DNA from: Candidatus Poribacteria bacterium
Lineage (GTDB): Bacteria; Poribacteria; WGA-4E; PCPOR2b
Length of the DNA: 64,000 nucleotides
Direction: 5' to 3'
Assembly: GCA_965208325.1 (NCBI GenBank)
Contig: OZ242326.1
Coordinates: forward strand, 1,376,001-1,440,000
Shown here: positions 17,409 to 24,595 of the stretch, one piece after another
How the letters are laid out: the number at the start of each line of letters is the position of its first letter
Numbering within the stretch: the stretch's first letter is position 1
The notes under the pieces: generated by a model
Databases searched by the model: none
Seen by the model: the letters and a program-made list of their open reading frames with translations, nothing else
Told to the model about the DNA's origin: nothing
Translations under genes and position numbers: made by a program

Positions 17409-19427
17409 TTGTTCCGCGTTTTCCCCGATACGCATCAATTTATGTCCTTCAAATGGGTTCGTGTACAGAAAACATATCTGCTCATCGCGTCCGTGAGCCT
17501 CTTGCCGTTTATGGTAATGGGGCTGTTGCGCGAGTTTGAACTATTTGAGTTTATAGAACTACAAACACTAGATGGACGGTTACGCTTGCCGTCTATACAA
17601 CGACCGCAAATTTCTCGCCAAATTTCGCTCATTACGATTGATGCTGAAAGCGAAGAAATTATTCAGCCGCTCCCGTGGCCGCCTCCCATTTATGCTTCGC
17701 TGCTAAACTACCTTCAAGAAGCGAATCCCAAGGCAATTGGCTTAATCGCTTGGTTCAACCGCGAATGGCCGGGGGATCAACACATCCCCCGTGATAAATT
17801 GTTCGCCATCCGACCTTATACATCAGTAAGCAACACCGGAAATCGACGTGCTTTTCCGGAGGTCACGAATTGGAACCAGTTGCCTCCCAGCTTGCAAAAC
17901 GCGCAAGACTCAAGTTTCAGCGAGTTTGCCTTGAACCGTTCCGATGGTATCTACCGTTCAGCCCAACTCGTCGTCAAACAGGCCGCGGAAGAGGAATACC
18001 GCTACTCTCTCGAAATGTTAATTCTGTGTCAAATCCATGGCGTTCCAGTAACATCAATAAAGGTCAAAGAAGATTTTTGGAGCGGTAAATTTCTACAATT
18101 GTCACGTCCGTCCGGCGCACCAATTCGGATTCCTATTGATTTGCAAGGCAGGCTGTTCCTGAGATTTGCCGGAGACATTTCCGATTTTCAACCCACCTCG
18201 TTCATTAAAGCATTAACCCAGTCTGAATCAGACATGCCGGGATTCCGGCAGAAATTTGAGGGGAAATCAGTCCTAATCGGCATTACAACGGTTAGCGCCC
18301 CGCAGGCTTCGACGCCATTCGGAAAAATGTCTGCACTCGCACTCCGCGCGAACTTGCTTAACGCCCTGCTGAATCAAGATTTTATCCGGCGGTTGAGCGG
18401 CAAGGCAAACCTTCTCTATCTAGCATGTTTTGGTATCGCTGCCGCTATGGCAACCGTTCTCATCAGCAGAACCGGACAGAGCTACAGATTGATGTTACTC
18501 ATCGCATGTGGATTGCTGTTCCTGCATTTCCTTATTGCTTTTGCAATGATTGTGCTATACAACATTTGGATTGAGTTAACTGGAACCAGCCTCGCCCTTA
18601 TCCTGTGCGGTGTAGGGAGCAGCTTTTTCCTAGCGCATTTTCGACTGCGTCAGCTTTTCTCGCAGTTACAGACGACGCGGGAAGAACTTGTCAGAGCCGA
18701 AAAAGAAGCAGTTTTTGGAGTGATGTCCGCGCGGGTACGGCACGAACTGCGAAATGCCCTGAACCTAGTTCGTGCACCTGCAGAGATGATTCGAAACAAT
18801 TTCCAGAAACAAGATCCCTTGAAATTACGGGACCGCCCTGAAGAAATCATCGGCGAAATGGATGGAATCATTGACCGGGTTACAAAACTGGATGAAATGA
18901 TTGAAAATGAACTCAGCTTCTTTCAAAACACACAGTACAATCTTCAACAGCAAGAACTAGGGCCGATTCTGAAATCTGCGTCGGAGATGGTGGAACCGTT
19001 GATTACCGACAAACAAATTAATGTACAGTGGAATTATCCAAGTGACACGCGGAAACTCTCCGTTGACGCTGACAAAATGCGAATCGTCTTCGCGAACCTA
19101 ATAAAAAACGCTTGCCAAGCTATGACGAAGGGCGGCGAATTAGAAATCGCCATTGAAACACCGTACGAATCTTCCTCAAAATCCGTAACCTCCGTCCTAA
19201 TCAGGGATACCGGGGCTGGCATCCCCCCCGATGAACTAGAGCGGATTTTTGAGCCTTTTTACACGACAAAACCGCGTGGATTGGGGCTCGGATTGGTTAA
19301 TGTCAAGAATATTGTCGAGGGACATGGGGGAGAGGTACGTGTGGAAAGCGTAGTCGGCACCGGAACGACATTCTTGATCCAACTACCTGCAGTTCAAGAA
19401 AAGGAGAAAACGTCAATGGGGACATGA
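17409..19427 (+). CDS. CHASE2-domain sensor histidine kinase
   Basis: N-terminal TM; ELQTLDGR...ISLITIDAES...WP, DGIYR, KSVLIG, TPFG (CHASE2 motifs); three TMs; RHELRNAL H-box; NLIKNA, DTGAG, FYTTK, GLGLGL. Confidence 0.9.
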   Translation: MFRVFPDTHQFMSFKWVRVQKTYLLIASVSLLPFMVMGLLREFELFEFIELQTLDGRLRLPSIQRPQISRQISLITIDAESEEIIQPLPWPPPIYASLLNYLQEANPKAIGLIAWFNREWPGDQHIPRDKLFAIRPYTSVSNTGNRRAFPEVTNWNQLPPSLQNAQDSSFSEFALNRSDGIYRSAQLVVKQAAEEEYRYSLEMLILCQIHGVPVTSIKVKEDFWSGKFLQLSRPSGAPIRIPIDLQGRLFLRFAGDISDFQPTSFIKALTQSESDMPGFRQKFEGKSVLIGITTVSAPQASTPFGKMSALALRANLLNALLNQDFIRRLSGKANLLYLACFGIAAAMATVLISRTGQSYRLMLLIACGLLFLHFLIAFAMIVLYNIWIELTGTSLALILCGVGSSFFLAHFRLRQLFSQLQTTREELVRAEKEAVFGVMSARVRHELRNALNLVRAPAEMIRNNFQKQDPLKLRDRPEEIIGEMDGIIDRVTKLDEMIENELSFFQNTQYNLQQQELGPILKSASEMVEPLITDKQINVQWNYPSDTRKLSVDADKMRIVFANLIKNACQAMTKGGELEIAIETPYESSSKSVTSVLIRDTGAGIPPDELERIFEPFYTTKPRGLGLGLVNVKNIVEGHGGEVRVESVVGTGTTFLIQLPAVQEKEKTSMGT

Positions 19428-19504
19428 GTGCATCGGTTCATAGCATTCAAAATGTACCGTTTGAGCTATGGATCCTTGGACTTGCGCTTCGCGTTTAACG
19501 ATAC

Positions 19505-20950
19505 ATGAATCCATCACGCATTTTAATTGCAGACGACGAACACGCAACCTGCAGCTACATCGACAAACAGATCAAAATGGAATCGTCGATTGATGTTACG
19601 GTGGACTTTGCCTACGACCGGGACGAGGCAATGGCGCTATTGACAGGCAATTCCAACTATAATCTAATTATAGTCGATCTCTGGATGCCGGATGCAGGAG
19701 GCATTTTAGATAGAGAAGCGGGGTTGAAAATCCTTAAACACAGTAAATCTCGGCACCCGGCACCGCAGGCAATCGTCATCACCGCGAACATTTCGTCGAA
19801 GACTGCGCTTGAAGCGAGCGGTTTAGGCATCTACGACTACATCAGCAAGCCAATTGACTACACCCACCTAATTAACATCATCAAGGGGGCGTTAAATCAA
19901 AGCAACAGCGATGCGCTTGATTGGGAGCCTTCCTCTACCGCGCATTTAGAAGAAACCGATGCCCACGAAATCGTCGGCAGCAGTAACGCGATGATTGAGG
20001 TGATGAAAAAGGTTGGGAAAGTTGCGCTTTCGGACGTTGATGTCTTAATCTATGGAGAGAGCGGTACCGGTAAGGAATCCGTAGCGCACGCCATTCATGC
20101 GCTCAGCCCTCGCGCGAAAGGGCCATTCATAGTTATGAACTGCAGCGCCATTCCGGCGGAATTAATCGAAGCGGAATTATTCGGGATAGGGAAACGGGTT
20201 GCAACAGCCGTTGACCAACGTCCGGGGAAATTTCAGCAGGCGGATGGCGGCACAATTTTGCTCGATGAGATTGGTGATTTGGACCTTGCCATGCAACCCA
20301 AGCTGTTGCGCGTACTAGATTCGAAGGAACTTCAGGGAATCGGGATGGATGTTCACCGTGTCAATGTGCGCGTTATCGCCGCTACCAATCGAGATCTCCG
20401 CGCGGCAGTGGAAGCAGGTAGCTTTCGAAGCGATCTCTATTATCGCCTGAAATTCATGATTACTTTACCTCCGCTGCGTGAGCGCGAGGGCGACATTCGG
20501 ATGCTTGCATCGTATTTCCTGAATAAGTTTCTGCGCCTGCCGGAATCGGGGCAAATCCGCGGATTTGACGAGACTGTCTTGTCGGCGTTTGAGCGGTATC
20601 AATGGCCAGGCAATGTCCGTGAATTGGAGAAAGCCGTTCAATATGCGGTTGTCACTTGTACAGGAAATCAGATATTGCAAGAAGATTTACCCCCTGAAAT
20701 CTTCAGTGCGCCAGAAGTAGAAACGCTCGGGTTGCTCCCAGACCGGGACACTACTCCTATACGCAGCTTACTCAACGTCCCAACAATTAAGGATGCCACC
20801 CAAGGCTTCGAGAAAATCTTTCTGGAACACAAACTCAAACAGAATAACTGGAACGTCCGGGCAACTGCCCTACAAATTGGAATCAAGCGCCAGTCATTGC
20901 ACCGCAAAATTAAGGAGCTCGGTCTGAAGCGAAACGAAAATCAGACGTAA
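19505..20950 (+). CDS. NtrC-family (sigma54-type) response regulator: REC-AAA+-Fis HTH
   Basis: IADDE / VDLWMP receiver; GESGTGKE; LLDEIG; LYYRL; WPGNVREL; C-terminal HTH. The L1 loop reads RVATAV instead of GAFTGA. Confidence 0.92.
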   Translation: MNPSRILIADDEHATCSYIDKQIKMESSIDVTVDFAYDRDEAMALLTGNSNYNLIIVDLWMPDAGGILDREAGLKILKHSKSRHPAPQAIVITANISSKTALEASGLGIYDYISKPIDYTHLINIIKGALNQSNSDALDWEPSSTAHLEETDAHEIVGSSNAMIEVMKKVGKVALSDVDVLIYGESGTGKESVAHAIHALSPRAKGPFIVMNCSAIPAELIEAELFGIGKRVATAVDQRPGKFQQADGGTILLDEIGDLDLAMQPKLLRVLDSKELQGIGMDVHRVNVRVIAATNRDLRAAVEAGSFRSDLYYRLKFMITLPPLREREGDIRMLASYFLNKFLRLPESGQIRGFDETVLSAFERYQWPGNVRELEKAVQYAVVTCTGNQILQEDLPPEIFSAPEVETLGLLPDRDTTPIRSLLNVPTIKDATQGFEKIFLEHKLKQNNWNVRATALQIGIKRQSLHRKIKELGLKRNENQT

Positions 20951-21046
20951 GCCCAGGCGATGCATTATTGACCACCATCTAGGACGCTACGACAATAGAC
21001 ATCATTCCTAATTTACTCAATGTGGTTGACAAAACCGAAGCGTTAC

Positions 21047-21071
21047 GGGCAACCACAAGGGTTGCCCCTAC
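21047..21071 (-). repeat. GTAG-family REP-like palindrome
   Basis: Minus strand reads GTAG-GGGCAACC-CTTGT-GGTTGCCC, a perfect 8-bp stem after GTAG. Confidence 0.65.
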
Positions 21072-21103
21072 AGCGTATTAGCCCAACGTGAGGGTAGTCG
21101 TTT

Positions 21104-21179
21104 TACACCTGCCGCCCCGCTGGGGTTAGATGTTGATGTGTAACAGTGACTTCTATATACCTGTCGCCCCTTTGGAGCT
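21104..21179 (+). repeat. Tandem 24-bp intergenic repeat pair (period 52)
   Basis: TACACCTGCCGCCCCGCTGGGGTT (21104) and TATACCTGTCGCCCCTTTGGAGCT (21156); the same module occurs inverted at 44624-44699. Confidence 0.65.
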
Positions 21180-21347
21180 ATCGGGCGGTGGAATAATTTT
21201 GGGAAGATGTCTAATACAAAAAATTCCAATTCGTTGGCTTACAAAACCGTTCATGTGATTTTTTTAGAGTGCTCTATTGCATTTAAAACGAAGATAGGGC
21301 GGTGTTAAAGGAAGCAGTCTGCATGACGACCCAATCCTGCATCCCAA

Positions 21348-21384
21348 TGTCGCTTCAGGGCGACAGTGTAGTTTATGGGTGACA
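21348..21384. promoter_or_regulatory. Tandem TGT-N12-ACA palindromes, putative enhancer (UAS) for an NtrC-type activator
   Basis: TGTCGC-TTCAGG-GCGACA (21348-21365) followed by TGTAGT-TTATGG-GTGACA (21367-21384), 140-180 nt upstream of a -24/-12 promoter. Confidence 0.55.
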
Positions 21385-21525
21385 GAAATTCGAAATCAAA
21401 TGCGATTACAGCCGGCTGATGATGGCAGGTTGAAAATGGTATAGAATCGCTGTTTTGCGCCTAATGTAGAACATCCAACCTAATTTCACTTTTTTTTATT
21501 CATTTTCGAAGCCGCCGTCTATCGC

Positions 21526-21540
21526 TGGCACACATCTTGC
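21526..21540 (+). promoter_or_regulatory. sigma54 (-24/-12) promoter of the sigma70-family gene
   Basis: TGGCAC-ACATC-TTGC, a full match to TGGCAC-N5-TTGC, preceded by an A/T tract (about 21481-21506) and 78 nt before ATG 21619. Confidence 0.8.
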
Positions 21541-21618
21541 CTATGTAATTCAATGAAATCCTTCTCCTACCAGAACTTATGACCGAATATCATCATTGAT
21601 ACAGGAGCGGCTCGATAG

Positions 21619-22827
21619 ATGAATCAATCATCTCAAATCTCCGCTGAAGCGTCCGTTAAAAATTGGTCACCACAATTTGAATCTGTGCCCGCAGATTTGG
21701 GTATACAACCGGAATCTTTTGCACAAGCATCAAATATAAGTCCGGAGCAAGACGCCGTTGCAACGGAGGATGCGGATGGGGCCATTAGACCACCCTTGGA
21801 TTCCGACTGCGAGAAAGACGCGCGCGGCGGCGTTCTGCACACGTATCTTTCCCAGATGGGAGATTACGCGCGTTTGACGCAAGACGAAGAATTAGGTATC
21901 TTTTTCAAGATAGAGAAGTATCGCAAGCGCATCAATGAATGCTATGAAGAATTGATGACATTTCCGCTCGAGATAGATGCGGAAGATTTGCCAAGCCCGC
22001 GCTCGTTGAAAAAATTGATTGCCGCTAAATCTTTTGTTCCGCCCACACAAGAGTTCCTTTTGGAACTTGTGGGACATATCCAATTTCTGCAAGCGGAAAT
22101 CCACACTGCCAAAAACCGTGTTGTTGAGGCTAACCTGAGATTGGCGGTCTGTATTGCCAAGAAATACCAAGAGCGCGGACTAGATTTGCCTGATCTCATT
22201 CAGGAGGCAAATATCGGGTTGATTAACGCTGTCGATCACTTTGATTGGCGGCGCGGTGTGAAGTTTAGCGCGTGCGCTTCTTGGTGGATTCAGCAAGCCA
22301 TCGGGCGCAGCATTGCAAATCATGGGCGGACGATTCGCATCCCGTCGCACCTACTCAGCGACATTAGTAAAGTGAATCGTGCGAAAGCACGTTTTTTTCA
22401 AAACACCAACCGTGAACCCAATCCAAAAGAAATCTCTGAAGCAACCGGGCTTTCAGCCAAAAAGATAACGGAATTGAATCGGATTTCGGCGGATTCCATG
22501 TCCCTGGAAGACTGCATTAGTCCAGACACGGGCGGTGAAGTTGAAGTGCTAGTTCCATGCGAACAAGCATCGGATCCCCTAACGGGCGTGATTACGAAAA
22601 GCCTAATTGAAGAGGTTAATCTGGCAATCGGCGCATTGCCGCCCCGTGAGAAACAGATTGTCTTTTTGAGATACGGTCTAGAAAACAGCGAAGAACACAG
22701 TTTACAGGAAATAGGGATGATGTTGAACCTGTCACGAGAACGGGTTCGGCAATTGGAAGCCAGGGCGTTGAGTCGGCTGCGCCATCCCTCTCGGAGCGAT
22801 AGACTGAACGATTTCCTCTTTTCGTAA
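21619..22827 (+). CDS. RpoD/RpoS-like alternative sigma70 factor (regions 1.2-4)
   Basis: YLSQMGDYARLTQDEE (1.2), VEANLRLAVCIAKKY, DLIQEANIGL, WWIQQAI, RTIRIP, LQEIG...LSRERVRQLE; AGGAG RBS. Confidence 0.9.
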   Translation: MNQSSQISAEASVKNWSPQFESVPADLGIQPESFAQASNISPEQDAVATEDADGAIRPPLDSDCEKDARGGVLHTYLSQMGDYARLTQDEELGIFFKIEKYRKRINECYEELMTFPLEIDAEDLPSPRSLKKLIAAKSFVPPTQEFLLELVGHIQFLQAEIHTAKNRVVEANLRLAVCIAKKYQERGLDLPDLIQEANIGLINAVDHFDWRRGVKFSACASWWIQQAIGRSIANHGRTIRIPSHLLSDISKVNRAKARFFQNTNREPNPKEISEATGLSAKKITELNRISADSMSLEDCISPDTGGEVEVLVPCEQASDPLTGVITKSLIEEVNLAIGALPPREKQIVFLRYGLENSEEHSLQEIGMMLNLSRERVRQLEARALSRLRHPSRSDRLNDFLFS

Positions 22828-23335
22828 TGCGGTGACTTCGGCGTCCCATTGTGACTTTACTCGTTTGACAGCGCCGCTGCACAGCCGAAGTCGTGCCATC
22901 CGCACCCTCCTAAATCGGCTTTTGCCACCTAGCAAAACTAACTTATACCAATCGCTCTGCCTACCCCGGTTATGTTGCGGCATAAAACCTTGCCCCGAAA
23001 CCAATTTTATCTGAAGATAGTTTTTCCCGGTTACCCTTTCTCTCCTCACCGGCCTTCAGGGAATTCCGACGTTTCCACAAGTTATTTTGCTGGGACAAAC
23101 CGCTCAATATGACATGCGTATCAATCTGGTTTATTCTCTCACCGCGAAATTAACGGCCACCATCGGAAAAATAATCTATCTCACTCCATTTTGTGATATA
23201 CTTGAGGCAGGGTCTAGGCGAACTTTAGAGCATGTTGACAAATCGGTTGGTTTACACGGATAGATTGGGCATCGCACGGTCAACTAACGCCATTCCTGTT
23301 TCGGTTTGAAGAACAAAAGACGAGGAGCGATTAAA

Positions 23336-24442
23336 ATGCGGACGAGAACTGCAGTTGTCTACGAACACAACAAACCGGTTATTGTCGACGATTTAGAATT
23401 AGATGAACCGAAAGCGAACGAAGTGCTCATTCGTATGGCCGCGACTGGTGTATGCCATTCGGATTTGTCCATTGTGAACGGCACCATCTATTACGATCCG
23501 CCGATCGCGATAGGGCATGAAGGGGCAGGGGTAATTGAGCAGGTCGGCGAAGGAGTTAGCTACGTAAACCCCGGCGATAACGTTGTGCTCTCATTCGTCA
23601 CCTTCTGCGGGAAATGCCGGATGTGCCAGAATAATCTCGTTAGGCTATGTGAGGGTTTCCGCGCACCGCGCGCCCATTTGCTGGACGGCACTTGCCGATT
23701 ACACAATAAATCCGGACAACCTATCCTTCAAATGGCGCGGATCGCTACCATGTCGGAGTATACCGTTGTTCCAGAGCAGAGCTTGGTCAAAATTGATGCA
23801 CATTATCCGCTTGAAAAAGCAGTCTTGGTCGGATGCGGCGTAACAACCGGCGTTGGCGCGGTGTTAAACACCGCAAAGGTCGAAGCGGGAAGTTCGGTTG
23901 CGGTAATCGGCACCGGCGGCGTCGGATTGAATGTGATTCAAGGGGCTGTGCTCGCCTCGGCAGAACGCATCATCGCGATAGACCTTATTGAGAACAAGCT
24001 CGACTTCGCAAAAAGTTTCGGCGCAACGGATTTGGTGAATGCGTCGACGTGCGATCCGGTCGAAGCGGTTCGCGAATTGACGGAGGGCAAGCACGTCGAT
24101 TACGCATTTGAAGTCATCGGTTACCCGAAGACGATTGAGCAGGCTTATGCGATGATTCGCCCCGGCGGAACGGCTGTCGTCATCGGCGCTTGCAATCAGG
24201 ATGTACATATAAGCATACCGGCTCAGAGTATCGTTATGAAAGAAAAACGGCTAATTGGGTCGTTTTACGGTTCATCCAGCCCACGCGCCGCTATGCCTAA
24301 ACTGCTAAAACTTTACGAAAACGGCAAGCTCAAACTCGATGAACTGATTACGCAGACCTACCGCCTTGAACAGATTAACGACGCCTTCGCCGACATGGAA
24401 TCTGGCAAGAATGCTAGGGGCGTCATTCTGTACGATAACTAA
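23336..24442 (+). CDS. Zn-dependent alcohol dehydrogenase (class III-like MDR)
   Basis: GVCHSD, GHEGAG, CGKCRMC...C, VGCGVTTGVGA, GTGGVGL; GAGGAG RBS before ATG 23336. Confidence 0.9.
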   Translation: MRTRTAVVYEHNKPVIVDDLELDEPKANEVLIRMAATGVCHSDLSIVNGTIYYDPPIAIGHEGAGVIEQVGEGVSYVNPGDNVVLSFVTFCGKCRMCQNNLVRLCEGFRAPRAHLLDGTCRLHNKSGQPILQMARIATMSEYTVVPEQSLVKIDAHYPLEKAVLVGCGVTTGVGAVLNTAKVEAGSSVAVIGTGGVGLNVIQGAVLASAERIIAIDLIENKLDFAKSFGATDLVNASTCDPVEAVRELTEGKHVDYAFEVIGYPKTIEQAYAMIRPGGTAVVIGACNQDVHISIPAQSIVMKEKRLIGSFYGSSSPRAAMPKLLKLYENGKLKLDELITQTYRLEQINDAFADMESGKNARGVILYDN

Positions 24443-24539
24443 CACGGCAAACACGTTAATTCTTACCCCAATCCCTCCGATTCTGAAAAAAATCGCCATC
24501 CGATCTAATCATTTGCTCCGCTAGTGCATCATAATATAA

Positions 24540-24573
24540 TAGGATGCAATGACGCTGGCGTCATTGCATCCTA
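24540..24573. repeat. Perfect 16-bp inverted repeat
   Basis: TAGGATGCAATGACGC-TG-GCGTCATTGCATCCTA, ending 22 nt upstream of the ECF gene start. Confidence 0.8.
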
Positions 24574-24595
24574 AAGCCGTACAACTTCGGGAGCG

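Noticed and set aside
21104..21179. CRISPR array
   Set aside because: Only two degenerate units per locus and no cas genes; fits REP-like repeats better.
22834..22898. 9-bp inverted repeat and an antisense TGGCACG-N-CGGC sigma54-like site after the sigma gene
   Set aside because: Long loop with no U-tract, and the -12 box lacks TTGC; could be chance.
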